A DNA stretch of 64,000 bases from Paraphysomonas bandaiensis. Its lineage: Eukaryota; Protista; Chrysophyceae. The stretch spans positions 1 through 64,000 of the forward strand of contig CBFFRP010000124.1 of NCBI GenBank assembly GCA_965644295.1, given 5' to 3'. Position numbers and translations under genes: made by a program. How positions within the stretch are numbered: the stretch's first letter is position 1; each line of letters starts with the position of its first letter. The notes under the pieces were generated by a model. The model was given only the letters and a program-made list of their open reading frames with translations. It did no database searches and was not told the DNA's origin. Shown piece by piece: positions 50,245 to 64,000 of this stretch.

Positions 50245-52223
50245 ATGCGCTTGTATATCGTGTGGTATACTAATTTAGAATATTGAGTTATCATGCTAAA
50301 CTAAAAGTTTGTAAATTGCGCCTGTTTAAAGGGTATATAAGTCATACTAATTCAAAAGTGTCTGATTCTTTGAGACCTTCTTGAAAACTGATTCTTTTTG
50401 AAGAAATCTTACACCGCCAGGACTGCTTGATGAAATTTGTTATCGGAACATATAAGGTCTGTCTCCCAAAGTGGGGGTGACTTTTTGTTGAACGACGAGG
50501 TTCTTATACGTTTCTCGTCTATGTCCAGGAGTTATTTCGTCGCCTTACTTCATCCTTTTTTGCTTGCTACCACTACATTGTGATCACTAGAAGTATCAGA
50601 CAACACCGTTATATCTGTTTAGCACAAAGAGAATGCATTCTGAATTATCACGTGCCTGTGGAACTACGGCCCTCTATATATCAAGAAGCGTACAAGAATA
50701 TACAGTTACATATATACCGAGAGGATGGTTGTGCACCCAAGATATATTTATCCCTCAAATATCTCATGAATTGTCGCTCAAGCGACATAATTAACCCACG
50801 AGCTATACCACACATACCACGTTTTCATATATAACAGGCCTCTCTATATACGACTGTGCTGCAACTAGAGTGATCTGATATTTCCAGAAATCATATTGTT
50901 TTTAGAAAGTGAGAGGGAAAAAAAGTATTTGCATTAGCCGTTCCAGAAGTGAGAGGGAAAGAACAAAAAAGGTATAAGAGATCCTCATAAAATCCACTGA
51001 TTCACTTGTAGCACGCAAGCACTCCCAAGTACTCAAGATTCCGGTACAGCCAAGAATTAAATAGCTGAATACTGTTATTATTGAAGTTAAACGCCACGGC
51101 GTACACCTCATATTGCTGATATAGATGTAGTATGGTACATACATAATTAGTCAAAACCAGTAAGTTTTGACAGAGTTCTGTTTCTGTTGAAATTTTTTTC
51201 ATCTTTCCTTAGCTAAAACATATATGTTCTAAGAAGCTTTGTATGAGTTCGTAGTTGATATATATCTTGAAATACTCTTGCAAACTGTGTTTAACTTTAT
51301 TGCGATAAAAGTCCTAGCTCAGAAGAAGTTATGTCTTGGGTAAGCTTTTATATACTACATATGCTAGTATAAACAGAGATTAGTAGAGGAGAGGTGCAGC
51401 GTGATCCATCGTCTGATTATCGAAAGAATCAACATTGGATTAACAAGCCCAGCAACTTTTATATTTCAAGAGGTAAAGATAGTTCGACTACTTCAATGTG
51501 ACCTGTAGTGCTCGCCAGTATATGGCTCGATAGCAGAATACATGCCATCTTTTAACATAGACGCCATACATTGAAGCATGTTTGACCGCCATCCAAAAGC
51601 ATATCACGCGTGGCCTTTCATATAGGCTAATTGCATTGCAAATGTGTGTTTCAAAAATCCCACCGCTACTATGTCATCGGTTCTACACGACATAAATACT
51701 TTGTTAAAATCTTCTTCAAGTGTTAACTCAGTGTTAATGCCAAAGCAGAACACAGAGTAGTTGCTTTATCGAGTGAGAGTAGCACAACAAAGACAAGAAC
51801 AGATTTTGATGTATCTAATAGTTTCAGTATTATTGTGTATGAAATCCACACGTTCCTTTTCTCGACTAAAAGCATACCAGCATGATGCTAACTCATTTAT
51901 TGATGTCTGATATCTTTAATCCTGAACTATATGTATGATAAGAGTACCACAACGGTATTCTTCATTCTTCAAGTAACGGTCATAACTCAAATACCTTAGA
52001 AATACAGCTTTTAATTCTCACAAACAGCGAAACTCTACATATCGGCCGTAAAAGAATATAAGCGATTGACTCATAATTGTCATAAATGCGATAAATTATA
52101 ATATGCTTCTCACTCACCCACAACACTTGTCGCAATGACAGCACCATTATCTGCTATAATTTTCAGTTATGGCAAGTTAACTGCCTTGCTATGTTCATCA
52201 TAAAGAATATCATTGTCTAAACC

Positions 52224-53934
52224 ATTATTCTCTGCCCTACGATGGCAAATACAGTCCAACATAAAGTTTCACCCTATTAACCAGCTCCAAGCCCAATGTC
52301 TCTATTGAGACCGTGGCTGAGTCACATCAGTGTGCCCAGGGCCATTTACACTCCCTTACTGCTGCATTTTGTTGACCACCACGCTTCCGACAAATTACCT
52401 GTCACACCATGTTGTACACGCTCCAAGCCCCCCTGCCTGGCCTTGCAACCTTCACCCTACTCAACTACTTCAGTTAAACAACGTGCCTGCACCAATGCAG
52501 CGCTGACCGCATGCATATGCTATCACCTAAGGAGACACCTTCGTCTCCTACACGGTTCTCTACGGATACAACCACTTACAGCATGGCTCGTGCGAGCAGA
52601 TCCACGCAAACGGCCCCCATGTACCTTCTCTGCAACCCCTGTCTCCTCTCGACACCTCTCCACTGCACAACAGGGCCGTCTCCTGACGACAACCCAGCCC
52701 AACCCAACATGGTTTGTCTGTGGTCCATCCACCCAGCAGCCTACCCCCTCACCCTGTTCACCTATCACCCCCACAGCCCATCCATCTCATTGGATAGACA
52801 CTGTATTCCGCATACGGTATACTCGACTACTGTACTACTGTGTCCTACAGGATGTATACCATTCCGTGTATACCTCTACTGCTGTTGGACACATCACCAT
52901 GTCCATGTACCTGTCTACCTGTACTGCTGGACACATCACCATGTCCATGTACCTGTCTACCTGTACTGTTGGACACATCACCAGCTCTCTCTCTCTGTCC
53001 AACACACTCATAACACCACTGCAGTGTCATACACACACACAGTACACTCTACCTCCTCCTAGAAAACCCCCAGACAAACTATCTCCTCTCCCTTCGTCTC
53101 TGACACCTTGCCGTCATATTCCTTACACACACTCTCTATGCCTCAGTCTGTACCCCCCTGCACCAACACAGACACTAACAAGGGCAGCTGAGGACGTCCG
53201 AGTGTCTCCTCCAGACCATCATCATCATCACGATCATCTCGTGCATAGGTCTATCAGAGTACTCGACCTCAGTGACTCTTGTTCTGTTGCGCAGTCTCAC
53301 TCTCCTCAATCAGATGTTGCCTCTCTTGCACCATCACACTCCCTCTCGACTCCCTGTAGCTGGACACACCGGATGACCCTCACATCCCACCCCTGTACAG
53401 CTATACACCCTCTTGCATGTGTTCTCTACCGCTGGCTAAGACAGCAAAAGAGCCGATTTCGACGCTTCTTCACAGTAGGCCATAACCTTTTGCAAGACCT
53501 TCATCCACATACCTCCGAGCCACTTGGAACAATGCCTAAAGGAAGGCCACCAGATCGCCAATCTCAGAAGGGCATATTACTGTTTCCCCTAACTGCCATA
53601 AGGCTAATAAGTCAGTCCCCGTGAGGTACAAAAGGCTATCTATCATATAGCGAGTGGAGTCTCATCCCAAGAGGAGACCTCCAGATCACACGCGCCGGTG
53701 AGTCCCAGGACACACGATCATGGCGAGCCTCATAACACACACTAAGAACGGAAGTGGTTGCACCTTGGTGCTTGCGGCGACGCACAAGCAGCTTCTGTAG
53801 CGTTAAATAGTAGGATAAAAGAGTTTGTATTGATTAGTTACGGGTAGTAGTCTAACTAGTATGACTAGCATTCTTCTAGCCACTAATTGGTGCAGGCTTT
53901 CAACGCCTATTGCTAAATAATCAGACATTCAATA
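52224..53934 (+). mobile_element. Family A 1.7 kb non-autonomous retroposon with a 442-codon ORF (52296-53624)
   Basis: 10-bp TSD TGTCTAAACC; same ends as 36796-38507. Confidence 0.92.
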
Positions 53935-54327
53935 TGTCTAAACCGCATATTTTCGTTAGGACAAAAAAGGTTGTAATTATATTTTCTATATCCTACATAT
54001 TTTGCTCAATCGCGATTACAATATATATATGATTCCGTTTATATTTGCGTCCAAAGACAGCACAATTTTGAACACAAGGTACACAATCTGGCTCATTGAC
54101 TATCATAAAGCAATAGCCTACCTTTCTTCCAACATACATTCCGTTTTATTACAGTTATAATATTCACTTAACAACAAACTACCAATACCATGCTGCCTCT
54201 CATTATCATCAGCCAGCTCGACAACACCACGCAATAGCTGCTATTACGGAATCACCAGAACTCATATTATGTCATCCCAGTACCGCGTAATATTATTTTA
54301 TTCGCATCCTCTTACTCGGACTTCTTA

Positions 54328-57300
54328 TTATTTTGCATACTGCAGAGTTCATGCGCGTATCACAGAGCAAACTCTGTGCTTACGGGGGAAAAATCGGAGC
54401 GACGAACCCTTTTCCGAGCTTCAAGAGTGGCACCCACAGACCTAGGGGCCAGACCAAGTGTCTCTAGAACAATGCGCATCATAGGTGTTCCTGTTGTGGA
54501 ATATCAGTCAGGGAAGTACAAGAAAACAAACAGGGATTCATATATACTCGGGTGGGTGCTATCTTACCACAAAGCAAACTTGAAAGTGCTAATAAATATG
54601 ACTCCAAAGCAGCCCTCCTGTATAACACAACCATCAATCAAAGCAGCACGCTTCTTATGCATATATACCGTTGATTACAGAATGATGCACTTCGCGACTG
54701 AATTACCATCATCCCTTTGCCTGTTCATAAAATTACAGTCAATATAAATATTACCAGGCGATAATCGCAGAATGAGTGTATCACTTTCACCGACCTGGCA
54801 ATTCTGGTAGCTTGCTCTGCAATTTCGAGCATTCTGGCCCTGTCAGTGTCCTCAGTACATTGCTACCAATAACGTTAAAAATCAGGACGCTCAACATCAC
54901 AACAACTACACCTGTGGAGCTTCTGAAAGTCCCCATATCTTAGTAATACACACGAGCGGGCGAAGCGCCAGCGTGAAACAACCTTGTACACCACAACTGA
55001 TCCAACCTCCTGCCACTCCGGAATAGCTGCAAACATATAGCAGTCGTTGAAACATCATATGATGTTTCATACGGAATATTACGTTACCTGTTTGTAGCAC
55101 CGCACTGTACTCTGCGGTCGCTGCTATCCGTAATACCCTCCTAATAATGCAGCAGTCAGAAAAATTAAGTTTCCATAACATAGTCATACCGATGTAGTGG
55201 GTGCGATATGCCCATATAGTCAAGGTCATCATTTTGAATTCCAAAATCGACAAGCTATATAAAAGTAGTAAGCCAACTTAAATTGATATCTTCAAATTCA
55301 AAGCGTATGATATATTGTTTTATACACTTACATGTTGCAGATTATCATAACCTCTAGATAAAAAGTTATCTGTGTATTGATCTAGTTTTAACGCAGCCAG
55401 CCAGGCTGATATATCCACAGGCCCACCAGCATTGGCTATTCCAGCCAATCGCTCCACTGTATCGATGCCATCCTTATTTATAACCACCGTTACCACATCA
55501 TAGTACGCAGGTATAAGGACATACCTTCTCAATTTTCTCCGGAACTTGCGTCACGATGCTTGACGTGTAAATGTTGTCTGCTCCTCGAGGACTGGCAACA
55601 GATGTTCTAGAAGCAGTTCGTAATCTCTGATAATTATCAATCGCCTGTACAAATATATCATTCACATCATGTACTTTGATGTGTAATACAACTTAACAAC
55701 TGAAAAATAAGTAAAGCAATAACTGATGTGTCCATAACTGAGACATACTGCATTACACAGCACTCTACACTACTATCCATACCAGTTGTATCGCATCAAT
55801 CCACTCTAACATCGACTCCTCACCATCAGCGGAAAATTCGCGGTGGTATTGGCTATTAACATTTATCTTATGAAATGGCTAACACAAAGGTACTTACGTG
55901 GATGGGTCGTGATGAAAGTCTTCTTTCGGATCCAGCACCACAAATCTAAAAATCAGTATAAGACATTTATCCCATCTAATACCATACATTCACGTACCTA
56001 TACTGCTTTGTCCTCTTAACTTTGGCGTCGAGCAATTCTATGTGCCCTTTCTCTACACGATCTTCAACTGCAGCATACCATCTGTACATTGCACAATTTT
56101 TACATACATTTGCTACAAATAACAAGAGCAATACCTCAGCTGATATGGAGTCAGCACAAGCCACCGAAATTTCCAATTTCTGAATCCTGTACATAGCGTT
56201 AGACTATGTGCTCTGGATCAACAGCAATATTTCGAAGTTACCAGTCTTATTCCTTTTGTAAATGTATCCCGCCTTGAGAACAGTGTTGGGACCTCCTTCA
56301 TTGAGAGCATACAGCTCTCGCAATTTCTTCTCTGTTAGAGGCTATAAAGCACCGGTTATCATAACAGCAGCTCAATAGTTTCATAAAAAATCTAATTGAT
56401 ATGAAACCCCAAATGGTTCTAACGTTACTTGATGTAAAACGTGGTCATACCTCATGCGATTGTCCTATCGCACTGCTTCTCTTCGCAATAGGAGACGCCG
56501 AGTTCAGTGGCGGTACAGGTGAAGGAGGCACAGAAGCAGCATCATCTGCCTCGTCTTCACCCATGTCAACAGGCTTCATTGGAGGGGCGGGGATGCAGTC
56601 GTCTTCATAGGATTCGTAGAGATCGGACAACCAGTCTATTTACATCATTACAGCCTCGTCGGTAATTAATTCCACACACAGTGTGTTAGCAACAGCAATG
56701 TCTCTTATATGTTCCATATACAGAGCTCAACGACATGTTTTCATCATACAGCAATGAGGGTACTCACCGTAGACGTCGTCCGAAAAAGGCCTATCAGCCA
56801 CCTCATACTCACAGCATTGAAGCGCCAGCATTACTAGAGATGGCGGAGCATCATCCGGCAAATCCGCTTGTACTTGTTCCCGGTCTAAAACAAAAGCGTC
56901 TTGCGGCTTCCGGTGTGCGAACGATGTTTTTCCTACTTGAACACGCTTCATGATCTAAGGAAACAATGAATTAAGTTAGCATTCTTCACATCGAAATATA
57001 CAAAGTGTAGTCCACATATACCTCGAGAAGAACCATACCAAAGCTGAAGACATCTACAGATGATCCGTACTCCTCATCAAACATCAATTCTGCCAACAAA
57101 ATTAATGCCTATCCTCAACATCGTTGAAGTAAAACGTACCTGGCGCCATGTACTCATTTGTGCCGCATATCGTCATCCTTTACTGTGCAATTAGATTGCC
57201 AAATTCGAGATTATCAAGTAATGCAAAACCTACCGGCGACTGAGAACCGGCTCTCCATTTCCCGTGCCACCAGCTCCGAAATCACGGGCCATGCCGAAAT

Positions 57301-57950
57301 CAGATAACTACTCATATGCATAGAGTTAAATCATGGACATCTAAATTGAACAACATGCAGTATTGATAAAATTCACCTTGCAAGTCCAATTGTGGTCCAG
57401 TAACATGTTGCTGCTTTTTATATCACGATGAATGAAGTTATGTCTATGCAAGTACTTCAAAGCACTAGCAGCATCAGTAGCTATTTTAATTCGAAATTTC
57501 CATCCCAATTCGTGGTCAGAAAGTAGCAACCCAAGTAAATCGCCACCCTAAAAGACTTTAGCAAAGCATGCAAGTAGCATATTGACATTAAAATCTCACC
57601 TGACAGAATTCCGTGACAATATACAGTGCATTTAAATTCGATTCGACTTCCGAAACCTCGTTACATGCACCGATATAATTCACAAGGTTAGGATGAGATG
57701 CGTTTTTTAACACAGCCAATTCGCGCAATAAGTAGTTATCCAAATCCTTATCAATCCTCGTTTGTTTCTTTACAGCAACAAAATCTCCGAAATATTTCCC
57801 GATATAGACAGTAGAAAACTGACCTTCACCTATTTGAGGGCCGCTAAAGAAACATTAGAGAGTGATAAGGCAGCAGTCATGTGCTCACATTGTCACTGAC
57901 GAGATGTCCAGCCAAAAGTCCCTCTCTTCAAAACTGGGAAACCCCTCCAT
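54328..57950 (-). CDS. Intron-rich TKL (LIMK/TESK-like) protein kinase followed by PH, SAM and PX domains
   Basis: GEGQFSTVY, VAVK, HRDIKSSN, DFGMAR, GTNEYMAPE, DVFSFG; KAGYIYKR (PH); WLAALKLDQY..NF (SAM); LRYGDFQKLH, LPELPG, RRAALESYL (PX). Confidence 0.78.
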
Positions 57951-58494
57951 TGGAAAGGTGCTAAATGCTTATGAACAGGGGAAGCGTGTCGATCACAGAA
58001 TGCTCGTAAACTCCTATATCTGTAGATAGGGGGTATAGATGTAATATATGTGCACAGGGCTTGTATAGGTATGTATGTATCGAGTGTGAAGTCGTGTACG
58101 ATCATGTCGCAGTACGTATCGGCCTCTACTCCGTATTGTATATCTACCGCCGTATGTGTTGATGTAGGCACACACACCAGAGTGGAGTATCCTATTGTGA
58201 ATACAGGAGCATACTGTACCGCATGCAACCTCCTCTACAGCAATATCCAACAGGGAAAATTTGCCTTCTCATATACAACTACACTGTATACTATACTGTA
58301 TACTGCCTACACTAAGTAAAAATACATCAATGTATACACCAGTATTACGAATTCATATGATGCATAACTGCCTCGAGGTGGTCTCTGCCTGTTCCGTGCA
58401 TGTCACTCACTGGCCATTCCACTGAATAGAAGCAAATGCACTAATTCTCCTGTAGTTGGAACAAATTAATTTAAGAGACTCGCCTCTGCATAAA

Positions 58495-60765
58495 ATGGAC
58501 GCACTTCGTGTTCAAAACCAAATTCGTCATAATGCTGAAGAAGTTGGAAGTTTCTTCTCTGATTTGGCTAAATGGGAGAAAGAAATAAAAGTGAAAGATA
58601 AAAATCTCAGGGAAGGGAAAGGCATTAAAGGTAGAAAGCCTATTCGAAGAGGAGCTGGAACGGTACAAGTTTCAACAGGCCCATCCCCAGTTTCACATTC
58701 GAATACTAGTGGTACAGCTGGGTCTGTTGATAGGGTCACATCAGCCGCGAAGCACACATATGACATCGGATATAAGAAATGGGAGAAGTTTGATGAAGAT
58801 TCACTGGAGACAGTGTCGAAAGGTTGATTCATTGCTTCTATTAAAATATTGTATAACTTTTCACTCAGATGACGCTGGCATAATTTCCAAAGAATCCTTG
58901 AAAGATAGTGACCTTTCAACTCTGACCCCTGCAACGATCATCAACAGTACTTCCCAGCCTGAAGTATCAAAGGTGTGTATTGCATTCACGTTTGTACTTC
59001 TTCGTGTTCAACTGTTTCTTATTCATGCCTCACATGTGAATATTGTTTGCGCTTCCAGGCTGAAATTCCTCGTGCTCAAGGCACAGCCTCCAATCGGGAT
59101 ATCGAACTGTACGAACGTGAACGGGGAAATGCAGAGTTCAAGGCGGGTAACTTTACAGCTGCTGTCAAATGCTACACGAAGTGTCTTGGGTTAAAGGTAC
59201 AGTACTATTGCAAGATATATCGTAGCTAATATTGAGCTCTTACAGCAACACAACTACATAGCATTTTCCAACAGAGCGATGGCGTACTTGAAGCTCCATG
59301 ACAATGTTAAAGCAGAGGTGACCTTACTCGCTAAATAAGTGTCTATATTGGGATTATTAAGTAATTTCTGTTGCTGTACACTTCATGTCCATAATATTCT
59401 TGACTCAATGTAATCGATTATGTATTTGAAGATTGACTGTACCAGTGCCCTGCGCATTGAGGCCACTCATGTGAAATCTTTGCTTCGTCGAGCGACAGCC
59501 AGGAATGCATTAGGAAAACACAGAGCAGCAGTGCTCGATTTGCGAACAGCGGCGTCTATTGACCCTACCAAGTAAGCACACGCAACTGCAACGATGTCTT
59601 CATGTGAGAGGGTTAGTCGTGGTTTATTTCTAACATATTTCTCCCTACAGCAAGCAAGTTGCACAAGAACTGAAGAAATCCCTTGACCTATTAAAATCAG
59701 CCGTTACTCGCGCACCAATGGTTCAGTTGAAGACTGCGTGGGTATCGGATGGTGATGCCGACACTGCTGCAGATGCTGAATTGAAATCAGGTGAAGGGAA
59801 TGAACTCTCTGTACACACATACGTAGTTATGTTCTGTATATCATGGGTATTACTGATACCTGATTGTCATTTTGATTCCTCGGTAATTTTTGTGATTAAT
59901 GTGTATTTATAGTTGATTTATTGGCCGGGCCGGATCTTCCTCATCCTTTAGACAAATCCAATAATAACTTGTCATCATCAGTAGAATCCCTATCCACGAA
60001 ATCCAGTGATGTTGTAGTACCACCGGAAGCCGCAGAAACTGTTAACGATGTACAAACTGACAGTCAAGTTGATGCGGATGCAGGTGAATTAACGCGTGCG
60101 TGTTCTACTCTAAAATTGTCAGTAATTTTGGTATATTAGACTATGTTAAGCTCTCTGTTCCGGAACAACATACACCCACGGAATCTAACGAACCTGTAGT
60201 TTCTACTTCTAGTTCTGATGGTACTATCGAGCATACATCCAAAACGAGCAAGATAAGCAAAGTGAACACCCTTTCTTCTGCACCAGCGAAGACGAAGTGT
60301 TCCAAACACAGTTCTGGGGGAAAAAAGAAGAAAAGCTCGATGTCTCACGGTGGCACTAAATCAAATGCGAATGTATGCTATGGCATTGAGCGCTCTTTAG
60401 TTTCATTGCGCGGAAATGATAAACTTCTCTCCGACTATTTGGTCACTCTTGATCCTAATACTGTATTTCCTGACCCTTCAACCAGCGCTGCCAGTGGTGG
60501 CACTGTTCTTGAAGCTGACGTTATTGTGGACCTGCTATTGAGTGTATCTAAATGTATTGGTGGGATGCGAAGTGATTGGGACACCGTTCTTCAGTGGTTT
60601 GAATCTGTACAGCGTATTCCGTCTTTCGGATTTGTGAAGTCCCTTTTTTCCCAGAAGCAAGCAAAGGAGCTTAGTGATGCCTTGAATCAGGCGTATGTTC
60701 ATAGCAATTCAGATGATTACTTGCGTAGAATTGATAATATCAAAGTTGCTTTTAGTTGCCTCTAA
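58495..60765 (+). CDS. RPAP3: RPAP3/Spag1-like TPR co-chaperone, multi-exon
   Basis: QIRHNAEE...DLAKWEKEIK N-terminus; ERGNAEFKAG and SNRAMAYLKL TPRs; C-terminal RPAP3_C-like domain. Confidence 0.82.
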
Positions 60766-61090
60766 GTATATGATGTGTTCAGTAATCTATATTTTCATCA
60801 CTTAATAAAAATTAGCTAAGAAGGGAGAATTGATATGTCTTTGTATTTTGTATGCTGTACTATATACTATATGTTGAGTATAGTGAAGCTGTGTACAATG
60901 GCTCTGCCTTGCGAACGAATAAAAAGTCAATATTAGAAAAATAACTGTTATTTATAGGAGCCGTAATCATACAAAGTACGATGACGTAGTGCATTGACAA
61001 ATTAGATTCATCACGTAACATATATATCACTTGGCATTCGTTACATGCTGGCAAAAACTTGAATAATTCCAAGCATTATACATAAATCTA

Positions 61091-62273
61091 TCACGAAAGG
61101 TTAGGATAACTGGGTGCATCCAGCACACCGCATCGGTCAGCGTCAGATTTCTCTATGCGCAAGTAACCCTGTTCCCCCCAAGAGGTGCCCCAGCTGTTTT
61201 TAATTTTCCAGTAATCGAGGCCAGAGTCAGGATCCGTCCCGTATCCCACAACAAGAACCCCATGGTCAACACGCTGTCCACATTTTCCTGAGAAGACACC
61301 ACTCCCATAGGACTTGATGCCGATTTGATTGGCCTGTATTGCGACGGACACTGGTTGCTGGTATACAGCAGAGGTGAGGGCACTAACAGACCCCTGAGTT
61401 ACGTCAGTGTAACTAGTAGGGGCTGTGCCTTTTAAAGATGAGCAAGAAGTAGAGCATTCGCCAGAGGAGCCCGTATCCCCTGATGAGTATGGGTAAGCAG
61501 TGCTGGTGCAAAGTCCACCGTTTTTCTTAACCCAGGAGAATCCGCTGTCCATCCACCTAAGCACCACACAATATTAATTAGTACATGTAATTACGTTCCA
61601 ACTCCACGCACCCTCCATCACATCCGGTGTCAGTTGTGTCACAAGATATGATATTCTGCTCAGAGAGGCTCGTGAGATCGTTGCCTTGAATCTGGTACGC
61701 GCTCTCAATTGCTGCAGCAACTGAGAATGCCCAACCACCAGAACTACATGCACATACCATGTGAAATCACACTTATACGTGCATTGCATAGTCCATTACC
61801 TGCACTTCCCCTGGTCCTTTACATCTGTAACCGCTCCCTTACTGGTCCAGTCCCAAGAGCTGGGGACAACAGTGTAATTCGAGGAAGTATCCACTGGGCC
61901 AGCTGACGTAAGCCCCGGCTTTGAGTGAGCAGAAGCACGTAACCCCATATGAGACTCAAATTCAGATAGTGTCATATGCGAAAAGGCGTTGTGCGCTAAA
62001 GTGTATGTGGACTCTTTATCTAAACAAAAGTTAATGAAATATTTAAAACAAACTGATGTACGTACTGGCATTGTGCTCCTCAATGATATTATCCGTTTCA
62101 ATAAATATCTGTAAACGACGGGCGTATTCACTAGCATTAGGAAATGATATCGAGTACTTTTCCATCCACTCTGCAAACATATTTTCATAGTGCTCTTGCG
62201 AGTGTGTATATGTATGTATACAGGAGCATGTTGATAGGGCGCCCAGCACCACTGCAACAAATCCGCTGTGCAT
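61091..62273 (-). CDS. Papain-family (C1A) homolog with I29 prodomain; catalytic Cys apparently replaced by Gly
   Basis: ERFNIN-like prodomain, DW..KGAVTDVKDQG, LSEQ, GCDGG, DHGVLVVGYG, YWKIKNSWG. Confidence 0.9.
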
Positions 62274-62681
62274 CCTCAGTTCCGCTGGATATGAGTAGAA
62301 ATGAAAGTTGAAGAATTGTTAAGTGTGTGAAAGGAGTGGGAGCGAGGAGTATAATAGCTAGCTGGATGCTACAAACACTGTGAACTAATTCATCTAGAGA
62401 TGACACAGACACATATGCACATACACCTCCTACATACACCATGCTCATACTGCTGTATATCATGCACACCTACAACAATGTACGTACCTACCTGCCTACC
62501 TCACACAACAAGATCTGACGACAGTATTCTGGACCGTATTCTATCTGTAGTTTCCATCATATGGATTTCATTGCATGTATTCTCATCATCTCCACTCTGC
62601 TGCATGGCTGCATGATGTCCCGATCCACTGCATTAATGAATGATAATATTCACTTCACACTCATTGAGGTAGATATTGTTC

Positions 62682-63602
62682 ATGCGACAATCAGTTAGAA
62701 AATTTTATTCTCGTATACAAGTAGCAAGGGCGTCGTGTCTTTCACAGAGGAGTCAGGGCACTCTTGCACTCCAGCACGGAGATTTTCTTGATCTTATATG
62801 TGACCATGGCGATGGAAATATTCATTTTATTCCTGGAAAGATTGCCGATATCATACTTGACAACCCAGGAAAGCGAAACGCTCTGTCCGGGAAGATGATT
62901 GTACAACTCATACGTATAATCGACGAGATCGTTGAAGACCATGAGTGTAGCAGCGTTATACTACGAGGTGCCAGTTCTACCCAGCCATCTTTTTGTGCTG
63001 GTTTGGACTTTTCTTTAGCTAAAGACTTAATAAATACTCCTGAACGCGGGCTTGAAATGTGCATGCTCATGACGGATGCTCTTACGAATCTACGTAGGTC
63101 ACATCTTATCAGTCTTGCTGCGATTCACGGCCCAGCATTGGGAGGAGGTGCTGAATTGGCTACGGCATGTGACTTTAGACTAATGTCATCAGCACCAGCG
63201 ACTCGCATTGGTTTTGTACATGCTACAATTGGCGCGAGCCCGGGTTGGGGAGGTGGCCGACGATTGGTAAGCATTGTAGGCCGGTCTGCGGCGCTTCGCC
63301 TCTTTGGAACAGCACAGCGATTGAGTGCTGAGGAAGCAGTTGGAATAGGATTAGCGGATGGAGTGCTATCTAGTTCAGCTATAGAGGAAGATGACAATCT
63401 AGAGGAGGATAATATCGGACAGCAGGCAAAAAATTTCCTTCGGCCTTTCGCTGAGATGAAATATCCGAGAGCAGTAGGAGAGTTAAAATCATTAGTCGCG
63501 AGTATAGCAGATGACCCAAGTGAAGCTGAGGAGATTGAAAAGAGAGTGTTTATGAAGAGGTGGGGCTCAAGTGACAACGTAAATGCCCTCAAATCGAAAT
63601 AG
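62682..63602 (+). CDS. Crotonase-family enzyme, ethylmalonyl-CoA decarboxylase (ECHDC1)-like
   Basis: KRNALSGKM, FCAGLD, ALGGGAELATACDFR, FVH...PGWGGG. Confidence 0.85.
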   Translation: MRQSVRKFYSRIQVARASCLSQRSQGTLALQHGDFLDLICDHGDGNIHFIPGKIADIILDNPGKRNALSGKMIVQLIRIIDEIVEDHECSSVILRGASSTQPSFCAGLDFSLAKDLINTPERGLEMCMLMTDALTNLRRSHLISLAAIHGPALGGGAELATACDFRLMSSAPATRIGFVHATIGASPGWGGGRRLVSIVGRSAALRLFGTAQRLSAEEAVGIGLADGVLSSSAIEEDDNLEEDNIGQQAKNFLRPFAEMKYPRAVGELKSLVASIADDPSEAEEIEKRVFMKRWGSSDNVNALKSK

Positions 63603-64000
63603 AGGTGTGTTCTCGACAACAATTGTCTCTGCCCTCATGGAGTACTAAGAAACCATCTCTTTGAATATTATTTTGAATAAATTACGTATAAAAGGCTATG
63701 TGTATAGAAGTAGCAGAAACCTCTATTGAAACAACGGTATTCAGATATGTGTACATCTACGATGCTTTCAACAATAATTGCAAGAAGTGATAATTACTCT
63801 CTTTTTTCCCTAATAGCTTGTAAGCTGCTTTCTCAACATATTGTAGTTTTATTCTTAGTAAATTACAGTGGTAATACTTACAATCGCGTGAGGCGGTGCT
63901 AACATTGACATTTACTATCTACTACGTTTACGTTCAGAGGTAACATCATTTTCTCTAATTGCTGTAAACTGGCCACATCGTTGTACCCCTTTCCAGCTGT

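Noticed and set aside
50280-52200. Protein-like fragments on the minus strand
   Set aside because: Frequent stops and no recognisable family; may be a pseudogene but cannot be supported

Overview
Gene-dense eukaryotic DNA with short (~50-70 bp) GT-AG introns, probably from a protist; stramenopile-like is an inference from gene content. 1-7255: a ~2.35 kb tandem array in which each unit is a palindromic head-to-head pair of identical small heat-shock (HSP20) genes, with the central promoter spacer in opposite orientations in different units. The rest carries about 14 genes: OGFOD2-like oxygenase, CRAL-TRIO protein, DOT1-like methyltransferase, TMEM18, an FSH1-RWD-Obg/Ygr210 GTPase fusion, a HAD hydrolase, URB1, a kinase-PH-SAM-PX protein, RPAP3, a papain homolog lacking the catalytic Cys, an ECHDC1-like crotonase and hypotheticals. 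Also three identical tRNA-Arg(ACG) genes and hAT-type MITEs. The most notable non-coding system is a dispersed set of non-autonomous retroposons with 9-15 bp target-site duplications (TSDs). They share one structured 3' module but have different bodies. One family starts with an HDV-like ribozyme fold resembling the trypanosomatid ingi/L1Tc Pr77 signature. Exon boundaries were read by eye and are approximate.
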